Made by a program: the position numbers and the translations under genes
The notes under the pieces: model-generated
The model's database searches: none
Told to the model about the DNA's origin: nothing
What the model saw: only the letters and a program-made list of their open reading frames with translations
Origin: Lingula anatina
Lineage: Eukaryota > Animalia > Brachiopoda
Direction: 5' to 3'
DNA length: 64,000 bases
NCBI GenBank assembly: GCA_051362555.1
Contig: CM120648.1
Span: forward strand, 12,210,587-12,274,586
In this document: in pieces, positions 25,587-37,402 of the stretch
Layout: every line of letters starts with the position of its first letter
Position numbering within the stretch: the stretch's first letter is position 1

Positions 25587-27253
25587 GTGAGCTGATGTTT
25601 GTTTTTTCTCATTTATTATTGTTTTCTTTTCTTTCTTTCTCTCTCTCTCTTTTTTTTTCATTTTTTTAAATTTATGAGCGGATTTCAGGGAAATAAATCG
25701 CTGAAGCTGTGGTTAATTTTTAGGAAGAAGTCAACTACATGGATGGATTTTCTCCGAAAGATTTCTTTACCTCAATGTGTTCTGTCATAAGCTGATCCGA
25801 TATTTTGATTCTGACTTTCACAAAAGGCTTATTGGTCTTTAATTCTCCGTTTCGTTTACTCATTTATCTATATTCATATCGGAATACATTATTACCTACC
25901 CACAGTTTACTATGGCCAAAACAAATTTTAGCAGTAGTTATAAAAGAAAGAAGACCGAAATTTGAGTACCTGGGCAGGTGCTGAAAATGAAGATAATTGC
26001 TGACAAAATTATATCTTCTTAGGCGAAATTTTAGAAAAAATATTTGGGAATCGCGACTGGAAATCATAAGCCCTGGTGCGTTTGTGTTTTATCTTACATA
26101 GATTTACGTGGTGAATTTATGTCCTCGCTTTATTTTTACAAAAATATAATTAACAAAAACACTTCCTCAACTGGCAATTGTGTCGGTTCTCGGGCAGTTT
26201 TGCGTTATTCAATTATCGGAAATCTTATGATGTGATAGCACGATTTCTTTTGGGTTTCTGGCTTTCTTTATTTTGCTTGCGCGTTTAAGGAAATGGATCG
26301 TTGGCCTGACAATCAATTCCTGTTGCTTCTATCAATACTTAATCAGTACTTAAGGCAGCGACAGCCGCTTTTTTCGGATCAACAATGATAGTTTATTTCA
26401 TTTATTTCCCAATTCATTTTTATGATTATAAACTCTTTTTGTTGGGGGGGGGGGGGGGGAGGGGTGATCGTTCTTGTATTGAAAGGAAGCATTTGACATA
26501 TAAAACCATATATTAAGTCCGTTAGTGCAGCTTTTCGCGACCGTATTCCATTAAACCTGCTGAACATTGTCAGTTTGCAATATCAATGGATGGAATGAAA
26601 AAAAACTAATGGGGTATAATTGGTAGTTATCATTATGCAACACAAATTTTTGTAGAAAATCTACTCACATTCATACTGCCGTACTACAGCGATGCGGTCG
26701 GAGTCTTATTTCTAACAGTATTCGAAGAACTTTTTTTAGGGCCAATCTTTGTCGGAGTAATATTTTGGAAATAATTTTATCTCAATGCAGTCTATGCAGA
26801 AGCCTGTCACTTGCTTACAAAAAAGTAAATATTTTTAGAAGTAACCTTCAGTTTTTAGCAACTTGATTGCGAATATAAACGCCATGCACGTAGAGAAATA
26901 AGTGGCAGCTATGGAGATCGTCCAAGAGAGCCAAACTCTCCCTACTTAGCGAGAATTCTCGGGATTCGGAGAAAAGTGACGCACTAGCGTGTGCGATGTG
27001 TCAACGAACAAAACCCGACAAAATGTATCGACGGATACTTTTTCTGGCGTTTTTTTAATAATTACTGTCGAATCGCAAGCTTTCACAATATAACGATTTC
27101 ATTATGTATTGCGTGCTTCCGTTACTTTTGAAGCGGGATCAGATCGCGAAGGCGGACTTCTACGGTGACATTTCGAAAGTAAGACGATAAATGCTTTGTA
27201 GTTTAGAAAACCACAATGAATCACATGCATACATACATGCTTCGAGTTTAGTG

Positions 27254-27292
<39 letters not shown>

Positions 27293-29032
27293 CGTAATCA
27301 AGTTACAAGAAGTAACTGTTCAGAACAAATGCCCAAAGGATCATCCTCTAAATCACATAACATAACATAACATTATAGTGAGTGTTAATGCTCATGGCGA
27401 ATTTTGGTAAAATAAATACATTTTACTTTCCTAAATAAATCAAAATCCATTAGTCGTTGTCACTGCTCTGTAAGAAACGCCAACGCATCAAAAGATGTGC
27501 CCAGCCTTAAACTGTCCTAATGTGCACTGGGCTAGTTTCGGGGGCACAGTTATGCTACAGCACCAACGATTGAGAAATATTACGCACCAATGCGACGAGT
27601 GTGGTGAGGAAACTTCGCGTCCAATTATCTTCAGTTCGGAAGACTAAAAAACACTTGGGCCCAAGTACTTAGTGCAAGACATAAATTAGTTGCGCTCAAG
27701 CTGGGTCTAATTTAGACCGTAAGAAGGTACCTAGTTTGTCCATATTGCTTGTTATTCAGTGGAGCCTCTTTTCACAGTGGTTGCCTGAAGACACGATTTA
27801 GGCCAATTTTCGGTCGAAAATGTCTCCTGTCCTAACGCAGCTTATATGCTGTGAGGTACGTCACAAACGGCACGAATGCAGTCCGAAACGCTTGACCCCG
27901 TGAAAAATGTTTCCGGTAAGGATAGGACTATAATTAAATACACCCAATTCACTTATACATTTTCCCCGACGAAAGTAATACTTATGTTCTTATTGACATT
28001 TTATGGGGACATTTACTTTTTCAATTACTCAGTTAAACGTCACTTTTCACTTATATTTTTGACATGACACAAAAGTGCGTATTATCTTTCCTGTACGCTC
28101 CTTTTTTTGCCTTAATTCTTTCTTTCTAATTTTCTTCCTTTCTTATTGTCTGTCTCTGTCTACCCCCTTGTCTTTCTTTAAGTTTGTCTGTCTGTCCGTC
28201 TGTCTGTTTGTCTGTTTGTTTGTCTTTCTTCGATTCAATCTTCCTTTCTTTCGATCTTTCTTTCCTTTTCTCATACAAACAACAATGACTGAACTATTTT
28301 TTTTTATTTTTTTTTTGTCGTTTAAAACGAGCTTTTTTAAATCTTGTTTCACTGGCCCTCAGACTTTTTTTCATAAAACATTGTCAATTTAAATCCTGAG
28401 CCCTCGTCAATCTTTGGATGCCGATAGTGCAATTTGTCAGAATTGTTGTTTGTATAAGACTGACGACTAGGATGTTTAGTTTTTTTTCCCCAATCCAAAG
28501 AGTAAAAAGAAAACAATTTAACAATACAGTTATGATGAAACGCTTCTCCGAATTATCTTATCTCAATTATATTACTTTTCTTGACTTTTTAGCCTTTTTT
28601 TTAAATTATTTTTTTATTTTATTTTATTTTTTTATCATTTATTTATTTATTTATTTATTTATTTATTTTGCGAGCCAATACATAAAAATAAATAGTTTGG
28701 TGATGCCCTTTAATGTTCAGTTAATGATTTTTTGTTGGTATCCGATATCGTAAATTTTATTTCCATATAGTTCACATTGTTTTTAATAACATATAACTTC
28801 ATCATTTTGATATGTGATATTTTCACATCAGCTCCGCTGATGCAGCAAAAGCAAAGCTTCGACGAACATTTACAGGAAACATATATGTATAGTCATTGTG
28901 TTTGCTTGACTGGCAAACGGAATGTTTGTAATGTGCTCACGTCAAAGCTTTTCCATTGAACAAAAGAGCCGAAATCAATATTGCTTGACTCCGTGTACAT
29001 TTTATACGCTTCGGTGTTTTCACAATAAGGAA

Positions 29033-29071
<39 letters not shown>

Positions 29072-29494
29072 TGTGTGTGTGTGTGTTTTTGCGTGTATGT
29101 GTTTATTTGTTTGCTTGGAGATGTGTTATGTGTGCGTGCTGGTGTAACATAAATCCACTTAGTGTATAATACTCTTAAAACTCCAGAGGAATAATAGACC
29201 ATAAATGTGTAGCGTGTAAGTGCGTACAATAAGTTACTTTGGTTCGTATGTATTAGGAAAGGCAGAGGAAATGCGGCATTAAACTGAGGCATAAAAAAAC
29301 AGACTTGTTTGCTATTGATAGACACGCAATGTGTGAAAGTATTAGATATCTAGATACGGAAAAAGCCTCAAACTCTTTTCAAATGAAAAAAAACTAGCTT
29401 TATAAAAATCTGTTCCTGTTACTAAAAGTACACTATCGCATTTCATTCCTTTGTGACTTCGCATCTGTTCTGAAAACACAGTTACGGAAACTAT

Positions 29495-29740
29495 GACTGG
29501 GTTCCCATGCCTAGATCGATCCATCTGGATCTGTCTAACTCCCTGGAGTCTCACTAAATAGCTGTCAAATAAACCGTCTTAAATATCTGTCACGCCTACC
29601 TAATCAGCAAGGGGGTAAAGATAATTACCCCCTAACAGCTTTACTAGGCGTGACAGACATTTCAGCCGGTTAAGTTGATAGCACTTTAGTGAGACTCCCC
29701 AGGGAGACAGATCGATCCAAATATCTGTGGGAATGGTCCC
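29495..29740 (-). mobile_element. PIF/Harbinger-type MITE (family A, diverged)
   Basis: TAT on both flanks; colinear with 5371-5596. Confidence 0.78.
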
Positions 29741-30163
29741 TATCAAAAGATGAATGTCCTTAACTTCCAGACATCTGGGAATTATTTTTTTCAAATTCTT
29801 CTTCTCTCCATTTTCCTGTTTTCAAAATGATTTATTTTCACATATTTTGATTGGCTTTATACTACTTTATTAACGCTGTCGATAAACAGACAGATTCCCG
29901 GTAGTTAAAATATGAACACCCTCACCCTGACGTTGAGTAAAAATTTTAAAAGTTGATGATAATACGAGTAAGTTGGAAACAAGGAGAGGTGTGTTTATCT
30001 GTTAATCTGATTGCATTCAGCGAGAGTCCCCGCGGAGTTGGATCGATCTACGTACATTGTATAACAATGGTGTCATTTGGAATGAGCCCTAAGTCGCTAT
30101 ACTTTATTCTACCTTGGTGATTCCCAAGATGTTTCACGTTCATTGTTCATTGTTTTGTTTAAT

Positions 30164-30332
30164 CAGTATGACAGGAATGGTAGTCCCAGGAATGCAAGTC
30201 CAGGCTCCTGTATGACAAGTACAGGTTAGGGTTAGTCGAAGTATTGGGGTCAGTATTTGGGACGAATGTCATCTGTACAAAGCAATGGGGAACGGACTTG
30301 GTTTCTAGCGGACTACCATTCCTGTCACAGTG
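30164..30332 (-). mobile_element. MITE, 24172 family
   Basis: tgacaggaatggtagtcc...ggactaccattcctgtcaca; internal ggttagggttag. Confidence 0.78.
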
Positions 30333-30801
30333 ATGTATCAAAACTGAGGGTTCGTGAGCAGAAAGTCCGCACTTCATTTAGTTATAATGGTTTATCCTAT
30401 AGGGTTTTATAGGGTTAGGTTATCCTGACCTAAGTTGGTCAAAAGCTAGAGCGAGCCTTACCTGAACAAACGAATGGGAAGCGGACTCTCTGTCACGTTA
30501 CACCGGCAACGAGTCTCGTGTCAACTGACCTGCCTCCTGCTAGGGTTGGGATGTGGTTTCGATCCAACCCCACGAGTTACTATAAAGAGCTCTGTCGTGA
30601 GTTGTAAGGTGATCTCATTTCTTATTTCTTTCATTTTTAACCCGCCATTCTTTGACTTCTGGTCAACCCGTTGCGTGTAGGCTTATTTGGATACAAGTGA
30701 GTGAGTCGTGCGCGTAATCTGCAACACAACTCTTACATTATCTGTTAGCCTATTCATCTATTTTCATCTTAGAATTTTAGTATTTTTCTGTGTGTGTGTG
30801 C

Positions 30802-30863
<62 letters not shown>

Positions 30864-30920
30864 GAAAGCTCAAAGAGAGAGACAAATGAGAACGAGAGAC
30901 TTCGTGATTTTACGGTCTAA

Positions 30921-31791
30921 GGCTCCAATCCCATACACACTATCGGTCTACGTAGATCGATCCAACTCTGCGGAGACTTAAGCTGACTGTTAGGCTGTAT
31001 TCCCAGAGCTTTTAGATCGATCTATCCCCGCGGGGAGTCTCGCTAGATTACTGTCAGATAATCCGGCTTAAATGTCCGTCCCGCCTACTACAAGCCGTAA
31101 GGGGGTAATTAACTTTCGTGTCCGCCCGGCTGACAGCTATTTAGCGTGAACCCCCAGGGAGTTAGGTCGATCTAAAAAAGATAGATCTAATCTCTGGAAA
31201 TGGGGTCTTACACGCCTTCTGCTGGCGATGAAATGCTAGAAGTGCCTTGGAAACAAGAGGAGGCATGGCATTCGGTTAATGATTGCACTCAGCGAGAATC
31301 CCCGCAGAGTTGGATCGACCTACGTAGACCGAGGGTGTCTATGGCTGTATTCCCAGAGTTTTTAGATCGATCTATCCCCGCGGGGAGTCTCACTAGATTA
31401 CTGTCAGATAATCCGGCTTAAATGTCCGTCCCGCCTACTACAAGCTGTAAGGGGGTAATTAATTTTCATGTCCGCCCGGCTGACAGCTATTTAGCGTGAA
31501 CCCCCAGGGAGTTAGGTCGATCTAAAGTGGATCGAACTAAACTCTGGAAATGGGGTCTATAACTGCATTCCCACAGATTTTAGATCGATCTATCTCCGTG
31601 GGGAGTCTCACTAGATTACTGTCAGCTTAGCCGGCTTAAACGTCTGTCCCGCCTACTAAAAGCTGTAAGAGGGTAATTAACTACCGTGCACGTTCGGCTG
31701 ACATCAATTTAACGTGAACCCCCATGGAGTTAGGTCGATCTAGATGGATCGATCAAAAATCTGTGGGAATGCACCCTATGGGACAGAGGTC
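30921..31791. mobile_element. Family-B Harbinger-type MITE carrying three nested family-A MITEs
   Basis: Host flanked by TAA/TAA. Inserts at 30993-31207 (TTA/TTA), 31343-31557 (TAT/TAT) and 31561-31776 (TAT/TAT). Confidence 0.88.
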
Positions 31792-32795
31792 TAAAAAGGC
31801 ATCAAAAGTGTCCTTGGAGAAGATATGTGTATCAATCGCGTGGTTCTGATGTATTCGCGAGACAAGACCAAACTTCGTGATTTTCGTGCGAAGAGACTTC
31901 TTGAATAGCCCAAAGCCAACATAACATATTATGATAAACTTTTTTTATTGATGTAGCGATATATTTCATCAAAATGAAACGCAATGTATTTCGTTTGTAG
32001 TGAATGGCGTGACTTTCGTGCTCTGTGCTCGATAAACATTTCTTTTTTCAAAAGAGTCCAAAATCGAGAACACGGGGACGGTGGGGTGGATGAGAATGAA
32101 GACATATAAAAATTGTTTTGAATAGAATCCAAGACTTAAATAAGTTGACATTCAAAGGAAATATATATGACAAGAAAAACTATCAAAATCCGTATTTGTA
32201 GTCAAGTAAGGTAAACCAGGGAACTTTGCGTGACAACATTAATTGATTGTTTAGGATGAGACCAGTGCCTTTTACGAGAATTTTACCCCCCCCCCCCCCC
32301 CCCCATCCCTCCTCCCCCCCCCCCCCCCCCCACCACCACCATGTCCTTTCACAACGGAACATTTACCGCAAACTTCGCTCGTTTAAGAGACAGCGCACAT
32401 GTTTCGTTTTGTCTTCAATTTCTTTTTCAATCTTTTAATTTTCCTTTCCACCTTCGACAATGTTCTTTTAAAGTGTTTTATTATTCCGGCTCCTGACGGC
32501 TTTAAAAGACCAGAAACCTCGCGAAATGAATTTTTTTTAATTTGCAATTACTGAAAAAATTGACAGAAGTTAGTTTCGTTTTCATTCCGTAGCATGCCAC
32601 TAGCGTGGAAGGGGAACGTTTCGTCACATATGTATAAAGCAAAATTCTATTTCATAGATTAAAACTGAGCCAAGTACGTGTACATATAATACAATTATTA
32701 TTTAGCCAGGTATTTAAATATAAATTATCGCTGTTTAACTAGAATTCAAGTGCAAAAATTCGACAACATCAAGTTATATTTTTCCTGTATTCCAG

Positions 32796-32926
32796 TGTCG
32801 CAGTGAAAGAATTTGCCAGCAGCAAGAAGCCTGTAAGTTCACCTCGATACGGTGGCAACCGAATTTCAGGGACTTGGAGTGCAGACCGAATGAATACCGA
32901 GACAATGTCCTCTCAGAAGTTTGCGG
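32796..32926 (+). CDS. Secreted Cys-rich protein, exon 2
   Basis: ttttcctgtattccag| acceptor and |gtaagt donor; open frame CRSERICQQQEACKFTSIRWQPNFRDLECRPNEYRDNVLSEVC(G); GC-rich island in AT-rich DNA; phase 0 in, phase 2 out. Confidence 0.8.
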
Positions 32927-34511
32927 GTAAGTTTTTTCGAAGGTCCCATTTTGGAAAATTGATCATGTTCATGGAAAATAAAACCATCAATTCAAAAATC
33001 ACAGTAAATAAAACTTTATTCATATCTGACTGATAATGCCAGTCGAAAATCCTGAAAATTACGAAGGGCGAAGAATAAAAAGTCGTTTTTACTAGTCAGG
33101 GGAATGGGCTGCTTCCCGGATCATGCTTAATAACATGAACTATTTGCGCATCTCGGGAAATAAAAAGTACCTTTCAAAGGTAAAAAAATAACCAACGGGG
33201 CCCTCTATTTCGGATCGGATTCAGAAAAACCAAGTCAAACGTACTTTTGGGAATGAATAACATCAAATTTGGTTGGATTGTGTATCGTGGTGATTTTTGT
33301 TGAAATCAATACGTATACATTGTGTGCAATCTGGCGTTAGAATTGTATTCAATGCCTTCAAGAAGGCATGCAACATGCTGTATGGCTAGCCTCACTTGGT
33401 GTTTATTCGTATTATTAGTTTTCTTAATTGCATTGCAATAACGATACCACAACTATTACCAGTAGAGCTGTTCTTTATAGGTTAGCTCTGGTGCATCACG
33501 GAACATATCAGAACCACCCTAGTAGACACGCAACAAAAAATTAATTGACTCTCCATGCGTTTGAAAAAAAAAACACAGTCATATTTATGCTCTGCAGACC
33601 TTTTATATATTTCTCAATTTAGACCTTAAAGGCGATAAAAACCATTATAGAAAGGTTTATCTGAAGCATACCTACTGTCGTAATTATCTTCTCACCCTGC
33701 ATGGCAACTCTCAACGCCTGCGCCATATGTGATACAGGGCCGCGATACAAAATATGTGTGAAAACGAGGCTATGAAGGTAAAGGTCAGGAAAGCTACTGG
33801 ATGTTCTTTCTTAATGACTGGGCAATCATTTAGAACTGAATTAAAGAATTAAAAATTAAAAATTGCCCTTTACCCCATGAAATACATTTTGGTGGGTAAA
33901 TTCCGTTGGGGGGGGTCACTTAAAATGATGATTTTCAGTTACAATGCTGCTACTTTAAGGCGTTGATCAAAACAAATTTAGCGTTGGTTAAGTGTTGATA
34001 TGTCGACCCTACAACCGTGATAATAATATAATTTGATCATAGTTTGCTGACATTAAATTCATGTGATTAAACTTCGATCCAAAATACAATCCCCTTTCAA
34101 ATTCTCTGCATTTTGAGGTAAAGGATTCCAATTTAAAGGCCTAAATTCCCTTAACCATGAATGACAATCGGTTTTACTTGAATTAGAAAGGAAACATTTT
34201 ATGGCATAATTGTAACACTGATAATACTAGAAATCAGACACAAACTGGGTGTTGAATCAACACCATTAAACAATTTGTTTTTCTATTTGGTTTCTATGAC
34301 ATCTAATGCCAGAAGTCCACACGTGTTTTTGGATATTATTATTATTATGCATCTTCATGTACTGATAACAAAACCGGTTTTCAGAATCTGTACATGTAGG
34401 CTAAAGACAGTCTTTTTGCATAAGTTACATGCAGTTGTCCACTTTAGTTTGATATACATGTGAATGTGAACTAATGGATTCAGAGCAAAATATGTTGGAC
34501 TTTTCTTTCAG

Positions 34512-34635
34512 ATCTTGCACGTGCGGGCCCGAGCACACGTGCCTTCCCAGCAAAATCGCCAGCCACCAGACTGACTACGTGAGCTGTACCTGGTACTGCC
34601 GTCCAACTCCTGACGAGTTCTACCCCGAGATGTAA
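34512..34635 (+). CDS. Secreted Cys-rich protein, exon 3 (terminal)
   Basis: ttttctttcag| acceptor, phase 2 matches exon 2; (G)SCTCGPEHTCLPSKIASHQTDYVSCTWYCRPTPDEFYPEM*; AATAAA at 34682. Confidence 0.8.
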
Positions 34636-34681
34636 CCCCCCCCCTCCCCCATTGCTAACGAGCAACACAAAGCTGATATGA

Positions 34682-34687
34682 AATAAA
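34682..34687 (+). terminator. Candidate poly(A) signal
   Basis: AATAAA 46 nt after the stop codon. Confidence 0.5.
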
Positions 34688-34723
34688 AATTACAAATGAA
34701 ATAATCAAGATGACCACAAGGTG

Positions 34724-34895
34724 GCGGTGTGACAGGAATGGAAGTCCTAGGAATGGAAGTCCGGGGTCCCATATGAATTGTACAGGTTAGGGTTAGTTGG
34801 AGTATTGGGGTTAGTATATGGGACGGATGTCACTTGTACAATGTAATGGGAAGCGGACTACGGTTCCTAGCGGACTTCCATTCCTGTTACAACGG
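34724..34895 (-). mobile_element. MITE, 24172 family
   Basis: cggtgtgacaggaatggaagtcc...ggacttccattcctgttacaacgg. Confidence 0.8.
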
Positions 34896-35546
34896 TCTCT
34901 TGACCTATAGACATTTAGACATCTCTGTTGATATTGTGATTCCTTGTCATAAGAACGTTTTCGTCTTCATGATATGATCTTTTCGGAGGCCTGTTGTGGT
35001 CCCTCATGTGCTCAATGCTAACGTGAAGTCGGACGCTGTGCCTCGTTTAACAAAAAATTATTATGCCCATGGGTTCTTGGATCCAAAGACGTCTTCAGTT
35101 TCTTCAGCGTGATATTTGGGTGCAACCGGGGTCGCCTTTGCTAAAACCATTAATGAAGACACAAATAAGGAACTAGATGAGTTGTTTTTATAATGGTAAT
35201 AATAGTAATAATAATAATTTTAATAATATTTATTTGCAACTAAAAAGTTGAATAGTATATGTATAATTATACTAAAATGGTAATTCTAAGAAAACATATC
35301 AGACATCAGAAATATAAATTTGAAAGCCACATATGTCTGGGGCTATCTAGTTATTCAAGCTCAGAATTCACAAAATTTCTGTCAAAATGCTTAGGATAGA
35401 CTTCGACTAAATATATCTTAGGAATTAAACGATGCCCGGTATTGTAAAACCAGGTGTGTCGGTACCCGATGACGTCATACGAGACGAGAGTACGTACGAG
35501 ATATGCCTGAAGTGAGGTGAACTTTGCAATGATAAAAGTTAAAAAG

Positions 35547-35933
35547 CAGTTGTGGCAGGAATGGCAGTCCCAGGAATGGAACTCCGGGCTCCCATATGAT
35601 TAGTACAGGTTGTAAGTCGTAGTACTGGGGGAGACCGGGGCTAGTTGGACCCCGGGGTAAGTTGGCCCCCCACCAAGTCTCTTTAATAAATTTACTTTAA
35701 GATGCTAAATTATTTCATTTGGACTCGCTGCCGACGCTTTCTTAGCACTATTGGATACGGTCACTTTACAAAATGATGTGATCAATTCATTTACCCCATA
35801 GTTACTTTGTCATAAATTGATTGGGGGCCAACTTACCCCGGGGTCCAACTAGCCCCAGGCTCCACTATATGCTATGAGTGTCACCTGTACAAAGTACTAC
35901 GGTTTCAAGCAGATTACCATTCCTATCACACCG
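35547..35933 (-). mobile_element. MITE of the 24172 family interrupted by a second MITE (about 35625-35867)
   Basis: Inner element has about 45-bp TIRs containing ggggctagttggaccccggggtaagttggccccc and TA flanks (Tc1/pogo-like). Confidence 0.78.
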
Positions 35934-37345
35934 TAAATGTCGTCCTGCATAGCAATACAGAAGTATCCCGCAAAACATGGCTAATTCGTGATGTGGTGTA
36001 ATAGATTCTAATTCGACAGAACTGAAGAGAAAACAACCAGAAAAAATCGGTGAACCAATACGTCAGCTTTCTTTCGTTGCGTCACCGCATCCGCTATATT
36101 CTGCCATCATTTCAGATCTCATTCTCCTGCAAATCCCGTGAAATCTCGCTCCGGGCTGACTCGTTCCCCATTATAAAGTTTGTTCTAGAAATTTGTTTGG
36201 ACCAAATGTTCGGCAAAGACAGTTGTTTTTGCTCTTGATGTGTCTTTAAATGTTGCTAGTTTAGGAAACAATCCGGTGAAATAAACCTGTGCTGGCTCGC
36301 GGGTAATGTGCTTCTCCTTAACAAAATTTTTGACTTGATCGTAGATTCTGATAACATCGTTTATCAAATTAATAGTTTCTCCAAAGTGAATTGTTGGTAA
36401 TGATCAGAAATGTTTATTTGAAAGTTTATAGAACACAGTTGGTTTCGTTTGAGAGCGTACGTAATTGTGAGAGTCCCCAAACGCTCAATCTTAAAAGAGA
36501 AAAATATCAGATAAAATGGGTCGTTTAAATATTTCAAGAAATTGCTTTAAATTTAGTGTATAAAGAGAACGTTTCCTGTAACAAGATAATTGACTAGAAT
36601 TATTTGTTTCTTAAATACATTTTTACTCCCCCCCCTCCCCCCCCCTCCCCACACTGGTCTGCAAAAATGTAAAACTATAGTTAATGATTGAAAACGGATA
36701 CGGAAATTAACTATCCATATTAACAACTTATTAAGCTGAGTAGATAGGTGATATTATAGCACAGTACATTTTCAACTTAATTTTCTATATCATTGGTAAT
36801 TTAGTGTTGTGATGTGACTACAACGTTCGTGACGTAAGTAATGACGTCATCTTGAAGTCATCAAACTTGACATCAACTGTGAATAGGAGTATTGTTCATT
36901 AAAACATAATCGTTTTAAGATTCAAACGTCGTTGATAAAAGAGGACGATAGTATTAGAGATTTATCTTATGATATATATTTAATTTATTGGTCTGCAGAG
37001 TTTTTGCATTTATTATTGTATGGTAATAGAGATACGCCAAGTATGTTTGATTTCACCAGTTATCTCTATTTATTAAGAAATACAGGTATTCTATTTATTA
37101 ATGCTATGGCAACGCTCTGTACAAATGAAAGGTCCAATAAATGTTACCGTAAACATACGCATTGTGTCTGCTCGTTAAATTCAAGAATTCGGTTCAGTAC
37201 AATTCAATTTTTTGTGTACTGGTACACAGTTTTTATGACCTATAGTATATACAGTATAACGTGCTACGTATTATGTAAATGGTACATGTATTTTCTTCAC
37301 CGGTATGCAGATTTACACACCTGTAGATCTCTAAATGTTCACGGT

Positions 37346-37402
37346 TATAATAATAATAATAATAATAATAATTATTATAATAATAATAATAATAATAATA
37401 AT
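37346..37402. repeat. (AAT)n microsatellite
   Basis: Directly visible. Confidence 0.95.

Noticed and set aside
30224-30236. TTAGGG motifs as interstitial telomere
   Set aside because: Only about two units, and they are an internal part of a MITE family.
32803-33033. ORF MKEFASSKKP... overlapping exon 2 of the secreted protein
   Set aside because: Different frame, runs through a strong GTAAGT donor; the Cys-rich frame fits the phases of both neighbouring exons.
32796-34635. Noggin or glycoprotein-hormone cystine-knot identity for the secreted protein
   Set aside because: The SC...C.PSK...W.C segment recalls Noggin, but the terminal CxC and the CxGxC knot signature are absent.
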